Below, one piece after another: positions 26,369 to 36,406 of a stretch of 64,000 bases of DNA. Both the position numbers and the translations under genes were made by a program. Below the pieces are notes generated by a model. The model did not search any database, was not told the DNA's origin, and saw only the letters and a program-made list of their open reading frames with translations. Each line of letters starts with the position of its first letter. The first letter of the stretch is position 1. Source of the DNA: a virus; IMG/VR virus record IMGVR_UViG_3300025012_000074, positions 7,106 through 71,105 of that record; one strand, given 5' to 3'.

Positions 26369-26902
26369 ATGAACCGCATCATCCTGGCGCTCGTCATCTT
26401 GTCCGTAACGCTCACCGGCTGCTCTCTCCTGAAAGGCGAACAGGTTGCCGGCGCGGCGTTCGCCTCGCAGCCGGACATCATCGGCTATCTGGGCTGGCGC
26501 TCGTCCATCCGCCAGCCGGACCCGATCGCGGAACTGCGGGCGGTCAAGCAGTGGGCGGACGACAACCTCCAGCGCCGGCCGGATTCGGTCATCGACTACC
26601 CGAAACTCGCATCCGTCACCTGGACCGACCGGTCCGGTGATTGCGACGACTGGAGTTATCTTTTCCTCGACGTCATGGCCTCGCACGATCACGCGGGCTC
26701 GCGCCTGATGTCGATCGACAATTTCCATACGGTGTGCGTCGTCCCGGACGGACACGGGCTGTTCTATCACGCCTCGAACTGGGCGGAAGTTCGCGGACCG
26801 TTCGCGACCACCGATGAAATCGCGCTGTCGATCAAGCCGGATTGGAAGCGAATCACGTTCAGAAACCGAGACCTCGACGTCACGGCGGAGATCGAGCGTT
26901 GA
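26369..26902 (+). CDS. Lipoprotein with transglutaminase-like Cys-His core
   Basis: Lipobox LTGC; GDCDD and downstream HTVCVV. Confidence 0.78.
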   Translation: MNRIILALVILSVTLTGCSLLKGEQVAGAAFASQPDIIGYLGWRSSIRQPDPIAELRAVKQWADDNLQRRPDSVIDYPKLASVTWTDRSGDCDDWSYLFLDVMASHDHAGSRLMSIDNFHTVCVVPDGHGLFYHASNWAEVRGPFATTDEIALSIKPDWKRITFRNRDLDVTAEIER

Positions 26903-27849
26903 GCAAACGGTTCATCTTCGCCGAGCACAACATTCCGCTGCCGTCGATCTGGCCGCATTACCGAACGATTGCGGCCAACCTGCCGCCCGATCAAATCACC
27001 ACTCGGAAAATCGGATCGGTCGATCATGAAATCCCGGCCGGGTCGGTTGCGATCTTCGCCGAGTCTCCGACGCCGATCGCGATCCCGCGTCCGTTCAAAC
27101 TTGTCCATGCGTTTCACGGGCTGGCCGAAAAGGGATACACCTACGAGGTGTGCCGCAACCGGGCGTTTGACTTGATCCTATCACCCGGCCCGCGCGCGAC
27201 CTCGATCCTGATTGCGAACGGCATCGACCCGGCGAAGATCGCGGAAGTCGGGATGCCGAAACTCGATGGCGTGTTCAACCGACCGGCACACGTTCGCGGA
27301 AGCCGGCCGGTCGTCCTCTACGCACCGACCGGCATCGGCGACTGGCGGTCATCGCTTCGCCGCATCCGGCCGGAACACCTCATCAACTCCGACGCCTACG
27401 AACTGCGGTTCCGCGTTCACCCGCTGGACAAACGTGGATACGAAAAACTCGCGGCCGAGTGGGCGGAAGCCGGCGCGATGATCGACCGAAACTTCGACCC
27501 GGTTAAAATCTTCGATGGCGTCGACCTCCTGATTTCCGATTACTCCTCGATCGCAATCGAATTCGCGCTGACCGGCCGGCCGGTCCTGAAACTCGGCTTC
27601 ACCGAATGGCTGGACAATCCGAACCTCATCAACGATTTCGAATTCACATCGACGTTTACGCGGTCGGTCGATGTCGGAACTGGCGGCCGGAACCTTTTTC
27701 GTGACGTTACGGAAATGCTGTCCGGCGCTTCCAACCCGCCAGAGTTCGATGCCGCGCTGGAAACGATCATCCCGCGCCACCTCCGCGACGGGCGGGCGGG
27801 CCAGCGGGCGGCCGCTGCGATTATGAAACTGATCGAGGCGGGATCATGA
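26899..27849 (+). CDS. CDP-glycerol glycerophosphotransferase family (TagF/TagB-like)
   Basis: HAFHG..EKG, GMPKLD, LYAPT, RVHP, DLLISDYSSIAIEFALTGRPV. Confidence 0.88.
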   Translation: MSKRFIFAEHNIPLPSIWPHYRTIAANLPPDQITTRKIGSVDHEIPAGSVAIFAESPTPIAIPRPFKLVHAFHGLAEKGYTYEVCRNRAFDLILSPGPRATSILIANGIDPAKIAEVGMPKLDGVFNRPAHVRGSRPVVLYAPTGIGDWRSSLRRIRPEHLINSDAYELRFRVHPLDKRGYEKLAAEWAEAGAMIDRNFDPVKIFDGVDLLISDYSSIAIEFALTGRPVLKLGFTEWLDNPNLINDFEFTSTFTRSVDVGTGGRNLFRDVTEMLSGASNPPEFDAALETIIPRHLRDGRAGQRAAAAIMKLIEAGS

Positions 27850-28550
27850 AACCGTTCGACTTGATTATCCTGGCGGCCGGTCGCGGGTCGCGGCTGTTCG
27901 GAGACGGACCGGCGCGGCCGAAGTGCCTGGTTGAAATCGGCGGGCAGACGATCCTCGACCGCTGGCTGTCCCGGCTGTCGCCGTTCTACAACCGCGCGAT
28001 CGTCGTCACCGGGTTCGACCGCGAGGCTTTCGCACCCCGGCCGCGCGTGACCTACATTGAAAACGAGGAATGGGCGACGACGAATACCGCGGCGTCGCTC
28101 GTCCTCGCGTTCCGCGCCCGGTTCCACTGCACGGATAACGTGCTCATCATCAACGGAGACGTGATCGCGACCGATCATGCTATCCGTGCGATCGTCCGCT
28201 CGATCCAAGCGGCGACCGTTTCAACCGTGTTTGCGATCCCGTGTGCAGCCGACGCCGAGGCGGTCAAGGTCGCCGAGCGCGCCGGGTTCGTCGATGAAAT
28301 CGGAAAGCACATCGAACAGCCGGACGCGCCGGAAGCGATCGGCATCAACTATTTCACGAACGATATGGCGCGAAATTATTGCGGGTGGTATACTGAAAAC
28401 TACCGTATGAAATATTTCGAGGACTTGCTAAACGACATGACGAAACACGGCAGGTTCATTGCCAAGGCCGCGATGCTTCCGGAATCTAACGTGATCGAGA
28501 TCGACACGCCGGCGGACTTGGAGCGGGCGCAACGGATGATCGGCCGGTGA
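27846..28550 (+). CDS. Nucleotidyltransferase (LicC-like cytidylyltransferase family)
   Basis: IILAAGRGSRL, PKCL, TNTAASL, INGDV, EIDTPADL. Confidence 0.88.
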   Translation: MKPFDLIILAAGRGSRLFGDGPARPKCLVEIGGQTILDRWLSRLSPFYNRAIVVTGFDREAFAPRPRVTYIENEEWATTNTAASLVLAFRARFHCTDNVLIINGDVIATDHAIRAIVRSIQAATVSTVFAIPCAADAEAVKVAERAGFVDEIGKHIEQPDAPEAIGINYFTNDMARNYCGWYTENYRMKYFEDLLNDMTKHGRFIAKAAMLPESNVIEIDTPADLERAQRMIGR

Positions 28551-30820
28551 GCCGGTTACTCGTCGTCTTCCCGACGTGCCCGGCCGGATTCGGCGGTGGC
28601 GGCCAGAGGTGGGACCAACTATCGGCCGTGTTTGCCGCGAACGGCTGGCGGGTCGTCCTGCTCGATCCGAACTTCCCGATCCCCGATAGAATCGAATTCG
28701 AAGCCGAAGCGGAAATCCGTGTGCTGATCGTCGCCCAACCGAGGCCGGGAACGCACGTCGCGATGCGCAAATACCGGGCGCGTGGGTTCATCGCCGTTTA
28801 CGACCTGGTAGACGATTGGACCGGGCTGAATGACGGCTGGTATGCGCAACACGTCGAAGCGGACCTGTGCAAGCGCGCCGACTTCGTGACCGTCACCTGC
28901 CCGGCGCTCGAGCGTCACGCGCGCGAACTCGGGGCGCGGCGGATCGTGGCCGTTCCGAACGCGGGCGACCCCGAACGGTTCAACCGCGGGCAACTCAAAT
29001 ATTCGGCAAACGGACCTAACAGGGCCGTTGGATATTTCGGGTCCGTGTGGGGTTCGTGGTTCAACCATCAACTCATCGCCGGGATCGCGAAACTTCGCCC
29101 GCGCTGGACGTTCGACATTATCGGCCAGCATTCGTTTCTGTCGCCCGACGGATCGCGCGTGCTCGCCGAGTCGACGGCCAAACGCGCGTTGGGGAAGATC
29201 CCGAACGTCCACTTGCGCGGGATCGTCCCGCACGAACGGCTGGCCGCCGCGGTCGCCGGCTGGTCGGTTGCGCTTATACCGTTCAAGCGGTCGAAAGTCA
29301 TCGACTGCACCGATCCGGTGAAAGCCTACGAGTATCTGCTATCCGGCCTTCCCGTCGTTTCGACGCGGTTCGAAAGTCTCGAGCGATACAGAGGAAACGG
29401 ATTGACGATGATCGAAGGCGTGGACATTGAGCGGCCGGAAATGTGGGTTGCCGCGATCGAGAAATCCAACCCGCCGATCTTCGGCCGGACGGACATGAAA
29501 AGCCTGACGTGGCAAGCGCGAAAGGAAACGCTGTTGAAGACCATCAACGAAATAGCGGCCGAGCGGGAAGCCGCCCGCGCGGCGTTCGAGATCCGGCCGG
29601 CCGTCGATCGGTCGCCCGTCTCCGCGTTCCTGCCCGCCGTTTCGGTCGTCATTCCTTCCTGGCGCGACTGCGATCAGCTGAAACCGCTGCTGTTGAGCCT
29701 CAAGCAACAGACGCACCGGCCGGCCGATATCATCGTGGTTGACAACCAATCCGACGACGGAACGGCCGAACTCTGTCAAGCGGCCGGCGTGACGTTCATC
29801 GAGGAGCGGTCCAACATTTCGACCGCCCGCAACCTGGGCGCGCGCGCGGCTTCGTCCGAACTGATCGCGTTCACCGATTGCGGATGCCGCCTCGCGTCCA
29901 ACTGGCTCGAATCGCTGACGATCGCTCACCGGCCAGCGTCGATCGTCGGATCGGTCATCTACAACCGCCGATATCCGGACGATCCGCAACGGGACGCCGC
30001 CGGTCAAATCGTCTACGCCTGCGGCCAATCGTCGCTCGCCGGGTTCCTGCCGTCCGGTTCGTCGATGCTGATTTCCCGCGCGGACTTCGAACACATCGGC
30101 GGGTTCGACCCCGACCTCTACAACGGCGAAGACACCGAGTTTGATTTCCGCGTGTTGAAGCGCGGCCTGTCGATCATCCCGATCCAGGCGCGACTGGTAG
30201 AGCACGATGTGCAGCCGACCCGCCGCGAACTGTTCACCCAGTTCTGGAAATACGGGATGTGGGATCGGATCGCCAACCGCGAGCGCGACCGCGGATACGC
30301 GACGATGGCGCACGGCGCGGCGACAACCTGCCTTGCCCGCGCTCCGCTGCCGTCGTTTATCCAGGCCGCGTCGTATCTCGGATGGGAAAACGGCCGGACG
30401 GTCGCGATCGGTTCGCCGGACGATCCGCGCGCGGACGCTCCGCTCGCCCGCGATACCCGCGTTTCCTCGTTTCTCGCCGCGTTCAAACTCCGGCTGATCG
30501 AGAAAGAACGGGTGTTGATCCTGCGCGGGCGCGACCTGCCGCCGCGGTTCATCCCGCCGCTGATCGGTCAGTATCACGTTCACGTCGGATCGTTCGGCCC
30601 GTTGCCGCCGTCCGACCGGCGCTGGTGCGAATCAACCGAACTCGGATTGCGCGACGCCGCGGCGTGCGTTCGTCGGCTCGTCCTCGCGTTCAATCCGAAA
30701 TTCGTCGTCGTCGCGGGCGTCGACCACCGAACGCTCGATACCGTTCGGCCGATGATCTCCGGGCGGTTGCAAGATGTCGAATCGCTAATCGACTCGCCGC
30801 TGGTTCAGGGGTTCAAATAA
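28547..30820 (+). CDS. Fused GT-B (GT4-like) + GT2 glycosyltransferase
   Basis: YDLVDDW, GYFGS, DPVKAYEYLLSGLPVV; then VSVVIP, VVDNQSDDGT, ARNLG, FTDCGC, GGFD, GEDTE. Confidence 0.9.
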   Translation: MSRLLVVFPTCPAGFGGGGQRWDQLSAVFAANGWRVVLLDPNFPIPDRIEFEAEAEIRVLIVAQPRPGTHVAMRKYRARGFIAVYDLVDDWTGLNDGWYAQHVEADLCKRADFVTVTCPALERHARELGARRIVAVPNAGDPERFNRGQLKYSANGPNRAVGYFGSVWGSWFNHQLIAGIAKLRPRWTFDIIGQHSFLSPDGSRVLAESTAKRALGKIPNVHLRGIVPHERLAAAVAGWSVALIPFKRSKVIDCTDPVKAYEYLLSGLPVVSTRFESLERYRGNGLTMIEGVDIERPEMWVAAIEKSNPPIFGRTDMKSLTWQARKETLLKTINEIAAEREAARAAFEIRPAVDRSPVSAFLPAVSVVIPSWRDCDQLKPLLLSLKQQTHRPADIIVVDNQSDDGTAELCQAAGVTFIEERSNISTARNLGARAASSELIAFTDCGCRLASNWLESLTIAHRPASIVGSVIYNRRYPDDPQRDAAGQIVYACGQSSLAGFLPSGSSMLISRADFEHIGGFDPDLYNGEDTEFDFRVLKRGLSIIPIQARLVEHDVQPTRRELFTQFWKYGMWDRIANRERDRGYATMAHGAATTCLARAPLPSFIQAASYLGWENGRTVAIGSPDDPRADAPLARDTRVSSFLAAFKLRLIEKERVLILRGRDLPPRFIPPLIGQYHVHVGSFGPLPPSDRRWCESTELGLRDAAACVRRLVLAFNPKFVVVAGVDHRTLDTVRPMISGRLQDVESLIDSPLVQGFK

Positions 30821-31440
30821 TGCCGATCGAAAACATCGACCGCCACCTGTTCGAATTGAAGCGGATCGTCGCCCGCGTGTCGGCCGGCCAAACGCAAACG
30901 CATACGATCTATCCGGCGTTCCCGGACAAGGCCGAGGCGATTCAAGAATTCATCGATCTGTTCGCCGAACACCTTCCGGCTGGCGGCCGGCTGCTCGACA
31001 TCGGCGCGTGTGACGGCTACCTGGCGCGCGCGGTCGCCGAGCGTTTGCCCGGGGTCGTCGCGCTGTCCTGCGACTGCAACCCGCAAAACGAGATGGTGAA
31101 GAAAACGGCGCTGCCGGATCTTCATTATTTCCATGAAGATTTCAACGTCGTCACGTCGCGCCACTGCCTTGAACATTCGCTTACGCTCTCGCTCGACCTG
31201 CTGGAAATCCGGCGCATCCTCAAGCCCGGCGGCATCCTGGCGGTCGTCGTGCCCGACATTTACGATAGCATTATCCTTGAGCATCCGAACCATGTTAATA
31301 TCCTTCCGCGCGAAGCCTGGCGGAAGGTATTCCGTATCTTCGGATTCGAGATCCTGCGGGATGTCGACGGCATCTGGAAGGCATCGAAAGACATGCGTGA
31401 ATGGCGGTTCATCCTGAGGAAATTGGAACTCCCGCTTTGA
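30820..31440 (+). CDS. Class I SAM-dependent methyltransferase
   Basis: LLDIGACDG, HCLEH, RILKPGG. Confidence 0.88.
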   Translation: MPIENIDRHLFELKRIVARVSAGQTQTHTIYPAFPDKAEAIQEFIDLFAEHLPAGGRLLDIGACDGYLARAVAERLPGVVALSCDCNPQNEMVKKTALPDLHYFHEDFNVVTSRHCLEHSLTLSLDLLEIRRILKPGGILAVVVPDIYDSIILEHPNHVNILPREAWRKVFRIFGFEILRDVDGIWKASKDMREWRFILRKLELPL

Positions 31441-32480
31441 ACGGCATCGGTCAACGGATCTTCCGTGATTTCGTCGCCGGCCGGTATTTCCGTATCTGGC
31501 TGGTTCAGTCAGCCGGCATCGGCGACTTCATCGAAACGCTCTGGGCTTACCGGACGGCGCTCACGCTGCTCGGCGGCGATGGATTCTCGAACGAAATGGC
31601 GCTCAGGCGCACGCACTACGTTGTCAACTCGTTCGTCTCTCCGCTGATCCGGATGGTCGAAGGCGTGGACGGTTCGAACATCCACCCGCTGCATGATTTT
31701 TCGGACAAGCCGAAGACGGCGATTTCGCCCGGGGCCGGCGACTACCTCATCAACCTGACGGATAAAGGGTTCGCCGGCGTGGTCAACACGTTTCCGGCGT
31801 CGAATGTTTTTTCGCCATTCCGGACGACGCCCGAACTGGCGACCGCCCGCGGCCGTTCGAAGTATCGCTTTTGGGTGTCGCGGTTCGCGGCCGGTAACAT
31901 GCCGGTGCAGGCGTTCGCGTCGTCCTCGTCGCGGTTCGATGAATTCACGTCGATGAAACTGACGGTCAAGAAACCGAGCGAACCGGTTCGGCTGGCGCTG
32001 TTCCCGTTTTCCCGCGATGGCGGATTCGAAGCGGTGACGGCCGACCCGGCGACCGGCCGCTCGATGTCCGCCGAATTCGTCTGCGAAATGGCCGGCGCGA
32101 CGTCCGGCGCTTGCGTGTTCGGCGAGCCATACCACTGGCTACCGAATCTATCGCGCGAGATCGCGGAGCGCGGGGCGTCCGATCACGTCTGGGCCAACCC
32201 ACTGCCGTTCGCCGGCATGGCTTCCGCCGTCTCGGCCGCGTCTTCGGTCGTCACGGTCGACACGTCGGCCGCGCACCTGGCCGCCGCGCTCGGCCGTCGA
32301 ACGGTCGTCCTGCTCGATGATCGTTCGCCGGAAGTCGTAGCCGCTGGGTTGACGGCCGTCCCGCGCGCTCCGCATGTCGTCCCGTTCATTTGCGGCCTAC
32401 GCGAACGGCGGCCGGCCGAACTGTCGTTTTACCGCGCGTCGATCCTGCGCATCCTCGAAAAGATGGGGGCCAAACTTTGA
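31401..32480 (+). CDS. GT9 (heptosyltransferase-like) glycosyltransferase
   Basis: AGIGDFI and VVTVDTSAAHLAAALGRRTVVL; start may be TTG 31437. Confidence 0.82.
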   Translation: MAVHPEEIGTPALNGIGQRIFRDFVAGRYFRIWLVQSAGIGDFIETLWAYRTALTLLGGDGFSNEMALRRTHYVVNSFVSPLIRMVEGVDGSNIHPLHDFSDKPKTAISPGAGDYLINLTDKGFAGVVNTFPASNVFSPFRTTPELATARGRSKYRFWVSRFAAGNMPVQAFASSSSRFDEFTSMKLTVKKPSEPVRLALFPFSRDGGFEAVTADPATGRSMSAEFVCEMAGATSGACVFGEPYHWLPNLSREIAERGASDHVWANPLPFAGMASAVSAASSVVTVDTSAAHLAAALGRRTVVLLDDRSPEVVAAGLTAVPRAPHVVPFICGLRERRPAELSFYRASILRILEKMGAKL

Positions 32481-33499
32481 AGAAGTTGAACGACATTTAC
32501 CCGAACGAACCGGGATTGAAAACGGCCGGCGGATACCCAGTCCCCGGGCGGTTCGGACGCCGGACGCTGACGTTCCTGCGCGGCGCGACGTGGAATAAAT
32601 TCTATCAGCGGACGCAGGCGCTCGCTGTCGGACTGTCGCAACTGCTTCCGACCTGGGATATATTCTTTGTCTCCGACGGGGAAATGAACGTCATCCGCCC
32701 ACAGGCGCGGAATCTGTTCGTCGTCTCTCCGCTCTGGTTCGAACAGTTCAAGGCCGACCTGGCGCGCGGCGTGTTCTTTACCACCTGGCCGCGGCTGGCC
32801 GACGAACTGCTGACGGCCGACACGTCCTGGTTCGACCTGTGCGATCACCCGTCACTGTTCTACCCGAAGGGAATGGGCGAACGGGAACAGTCGGAACTCG
32901 GACGCGCGCTGACGGCCGACATCTTCACATCGACGCTCAACCGAATGGGCGTCGAACACCGACTCGACGGCTGGACGATCCCCAACGGCTGCTGGCCAGC
33001 GAACACCGCGCTGAACCCGCTGACCGTTCAATCCGCGCCGGTCATCGGCTTCTGGGGTTCGATGGGGCCATGGGTCGACGCCGACCTGTTGAACGAACTG
33101 GGGAAACGCTACGCCGTGCTCGTCGCCTGTGAGCCTGGTAAGTGCCCGCCGACGTGCGCGGACATGGGGTATCTGCGATACGATCAACTCAAGTGGTTCG
33201 CGAAACTCTGCACGCACCTCATTATCCCGTTCAAGCGCGGGCCGATCGCCGAGTATTCCGACCCGATCAAGCAATACGAATACGCGGCGGCCAACCGGGT
33301 ATCGCTGATTCCGACGTGGATACCGAACTTTCACGGGCTCGGGCTGACCAACTACCGCCGATATACGACGCTCGACGAACTGGTAAACGTCATCGGCGAA
33401 TATCGGGTTGAAGATTTGAAGCGGTTCGATGATCCATTTTTCATCTCCTGGGAAACCCGCTGCCGGACGCTCGTCGCCGAGGTGTTCGGCCGTGAATGA
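32477..33499 (+). CDS. GT-B fold glycosyltransferase
   Basis: QRTQALA, FDLCDH, IPNG, IGFWGS..PWVD, DPIKQYEYAAA; resembles the N-half of 28547. Confidence 0.8.
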   Translation: MKKLNDIYPNEPGLKTAGGYPVPGRFGRRTLTFLRGATWNKFYQRTQALAVGLSQLLPTWDIFFVSDGEMNVIRPQARNLFVVSPLWFEQFKADLARGVFFTTWPRLADELLTADTSWFDLCDHPSLFYPKGMGEREQSELGRALTADIFTSTLNRMGVEHRLDGWTIPNGCWPANTALNPLTVQSAPVIGFWGSMGPWVDADLLNELGKRYAVLVACEPGKCPPTCADMGYLRYDQLKWFAKLCTHLIIPFKRGPIAEYSDPIKQYEYAAANRVSLIPTWIPNFHGLGLTNYRRYTTLDELVNVIGEYRVEDLKRFDDPFFISWETRCRTLVAEVFGRE

Positions 33500-34487
33500 A
33501 ATCGTCATGGTGTCCGATCACTTCAACTTGCCGGGCGACACGATCCCGATTGGCGGGGTTCAGAAACATATCTCGGCCGTGTCGGACGAACTGAAACGCC
33601 GCGGTCATTCCGTCAAGTGGATGTATCCGGCGTCGGCCGTCGGCCGGGCTGTCGAACTTTCGCGTTCCAACGTGTTCTTTCACGACTGGTCAGCGTTCCG
33701 TAACTTCCCGTCCGTCACCCGGACGATCATCTTTCACGGCTGGGAGGGCGTCTGCCCGCCGAACCCGAAGACGGTGGCCGCCCGTCAACACATTCATGCC
33801 CAATGCGATTATTCGATGTGCGTCGGCCACTACGTCGAAAAGCACTACGGCACGAAATGCGATCACGTCATTTACGGTGGGGCGAACCTGCCGGAAGGGT
33901 TCGAACGGCGGCCGGTCGGCGACGAATTCAACGTCCTGTTTCTCGGCCGGGTTGCGCGCGACACCGAGCCGGCGCTTGCCGTCTACGCCTTTTCGCAGTT
34001 CGTCAGCACGAATGCGCGTTTCTTCGAACAGCGCGGATGCGCGACCGTCCGGCTGGCGCTCGCCGGCGACGGCGACCAACGCGCGAGGATCGAACTTCAG
34101 GCGCTCGAACTGACGCGCCGATTTTCCAACGTCAAGGTCGAATGCCGCGGATTCGTCGCCGACATCTGGCCGCTGGTTTCAACCGCCGATCTTGTCATTC
34201 CGACCGGATACCTATCGGCTGCCGAAGCGATGGCCGCCAACGTCCCGTCCGTTGTCTTCATCGACGAGCGATACACGCCGACGATCAAGCGCGATTACTG
34301 GGCGATGATGCCGAACAAACTCAAGCCGGCAGTGGTTTCAACCCACGATTCCGAGCGGTTCCTTACCGAAGGATTCGATGCGAAATTCAACGGCGGCGAG
34401 TATCCGAAAGCGATCGTCCCCGGCAAAACGCCGGACGGCTGGCCGTCGATCGCCGACGCTTATATTTCCTGTCTGGCCAAAAAGTAA
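33492..34487 (+). CDS. GT4 glycosyltransferase
   Basis: GGVQKHI...LKRRGHSV, LFLGRV, AGDG, EAMAANVP. Confidence 0.85.
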   Translation: MNEIVMVSDHFNLPGDTIPIGGVQKHISAVSDELKRRGHSVKWMYPASAVGRAVELSRSNVFFHDWSAFRNFPSVTRTIIFHGWEGVCPPNPKTVAARQHIHAQCDYSMCVGHYVEKHYGTKCDHVIYGGANLPEGFERRPVGDEFNVLFLGRVARDTEPALAVYAFSQFVSTNARFFEQRGCATVRLALAGDGDQRARIELQALELTRRFSNVKVECRGFVADIWPLVSTADLVIPTGYLSAAEAMAANVPSVVFIDERYTPTIKRDYWAMMPNKLKPAVVSTHDSERFLTEGFDAKFNGGEYPKAIVPGKTPDGWPSIADAYISCLAKK

Positions 34488-34497
34488 CTTGCATAAT

Positions 34498-34526
34498 TTG
34501 ACACGTTACCAGCCGTATGATATAAT
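34498..34526 (+). promoter_or_regulatory. Consensus sigma70 promoter upstream of capsid assembly genes
   Basis: TTGACA-N17-TATAAT perfect match. Confidence 0.85.
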
Positions 34527-34620
34527 GCGGTTATACGAACTCGCTCTGAGTTCAATTTCCTAATTTCCAGTTCCGGAACATATCGCACAAAAGCCCGAGG
34601 TTTCTCGGGGGAGTTTCGCT

Positions 34621-36369
34621 ATGGAATTTTCCGCCCCGTCCGTCGTCCACGATAAAAAAAGCGGTTTGTCGAAAGTGCTTCGACAGGCGATCTTCAACGT
34701 GGGGACGCACAAGGGGAACGTGTTCACGCTCGCCGACCTGGAAGACATGGCGCGGAATTTCAAGCAGATGCCGTTCATGAAAATCCCGTCGATCCCGAAA
34801 GTCGCGTCCGCGAAACTCGGGCACAACGAAAAAGACAACTATGGGATTCGCAGCGGCTATCCGGCCGTCGGCTGGGTTTCAAACCTCGTCGTCGAAGACG
34901 AAACGCTGGTCGCCGATTTTGATGGCGTCCCCTACCAGGTCGCGGTCGGGATCGAAAAGCAGGCGTTCAAAACCAAGTCATCGGAGATCGCGATCTACTG
35001 CGACCCGGAATACAAAGACGCGGACGGAAACACGCTCGGTTGCGTGCTCGTCGGCGTCGCGTTTCTCGGCGAGGAACTGCCGGCCGTTCCGGACCTGAAC
35101 GATCTGCACACGCTCTACATCACGGAAGAAAACGCGGACGACTTCACGGCCGTCAAACTTTCGAAGTGGGTCGACTGCCTGGTCAACCCGCCGGTCCGCG
35201 CCGAGCAGCGAATCTCCGAGCACGTTCACACGTTCCAATTTTCAAAAAATGACAACCATGAAAGGGTGAATCACAAAATGGCTCTGACGATCGATGAAGC
35301 GAAAACCGCCATCGGCGAACTGACCGGCATGGCCGACGCGCTGGCGAAGATGCCGAAAGACGACGCGGGATATGAGTCCGCCCGCGCCGACCTGATCGGT
35401 AAATGCAAGATGCTCGCCGCCGAATTCACGGTCAATCCCGAGATCGAATCGGTGAAGCCCGACTTCGACGCGCTGACCGTCCTGCTGATCGACGCCGGGC
35501 TGGCGACCGCCGATGAACTGGCGGCCGACAAGCCGAAGACCGAGACCGACGAGGAAATCGAGGCGAAGAAAACCAAACTCGCGGCCGACCCGAAGCCGGT
35601 CAAGATGTCGATGGACGATGCGAAGCAGCGCATCCGCGACCTGGCCGACGAACTCTGGGCGATCCAGAAACCAGCCGTCGCGCTGGCCAAGCCGGAGGAG
35701 TTCAAAACCCGCCGCGCCAAACTCATCGACGACCTGAAGTCGCTGATGGCCGAGTTCGACATCAACCCGGACATCAAAGACGTCACCGACCGGATCGTCT
35801 GGCTCTACAACGATCTGCTCTGGGCCGGGCTGATCGAGGACGGCGAACTGTCGCCGGCCGACGCCGAGATGAAGGCCGAGTTCGCGAAGCGCGCCGACGA
35901 CTACAAGGCCGCGAAGTTCGCAAAGGCGGACGCCGCGAAACTCAAGATCGAACTGGCCGCCGCGAAAACGGCGATCGATTCGACCAAGGGCGAACTGGCC
36001 GAGCAGCTGAACGCCTCGAAGGCCGAGGCCGAGCGGCTGCGGGTCGCGAACGTCACGCTCACGCGCGAGCGGAACGAGGCGACGGTCGCCAAGCAGATGG
36101 ACGAGTGGAAGAAGTTCGGACGCACCTGCCCGGCGCAGGACGAACCGCTCCGCCGCGTGCTCTTCCAGGCGCTCTCCGCGCCGGTCAAGATCGAGTTCGC
36201 GAAGGACGGCAAGACCGCCGAGTCGACGCTGTTCGACGATCTGGTCGCCGTCTTCAACGCAGTCCCGTCCAACACGGTCGTCAACTTCTCGGAAACCGCC
36301 GTCGGCGAGGCCGGCGACGAGTCGAAGGTCGAAGCGATCGTCAAGACCGATTCCCGCTTTTCGAAATAA
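34621..36369 (+). CDS. Prohead protease-scaffold fusion (Mu gpI-like), probable internal scaffold start at 35278
   Basis: LGH...PAVGWV...SSEI...GVAFLGEELPAV..L; helical acidic C-terminal part; GAAAGGGTGA before ATG 35278. Confidence 0.85.
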   Translation: MEFSAPSVVHDKKSGLSKVLRQAIFNVGTHKGNVFTLADLEDMARNFKQMPFMKIPSIPKVASAKLGHNEKDNYGIRSGYPAVGWVSNLVVEDETLVADFDGVPYQVAVGIEKQAFKTKSSEIAIYCDPEYKDADGNTLGCVLVGVAFLGEELPAVPDLNDLHTLYITEENADDFTAVKLSKWVDCLVNPPVRAEQRISEHVHTFQFSKNDNHERVNHKMALTIDEAKTAIGELTGMADALAKMPKDDAGYESARADLIGKCKMLAAEFTVNPEIESVKPDFDALTVLLIDAGLATADELAADKPKTETDEEIEAKKTKLAADPKPVKMSMDDAKQRIRDLADELWAIQKPAVALAKPEEFKTRRAKLIDDLKSLMAEFDINPDIKDVTDRIVWLYNDLLWAGLIEDGELSPADAEMKAEFAKRADDYKAAKFAKADAAKLKIELAAAKTAIDSTKGELAEQLNASKAEAERLRVANVTLTRERNEATVAKQMDEWKKFGRTCPAQDEPLRRVLFQALSAPVKIEFAKDGKTAESTLFDDLVAVFNAVPSNTVVNFSETAVGEAGDESKVEAIVKTDSRFSK

Positions 36370-36406
36370 AAAGCCGGCCGCAAGGCCGTAAGAAAGAGGT
36401 GTAGAA

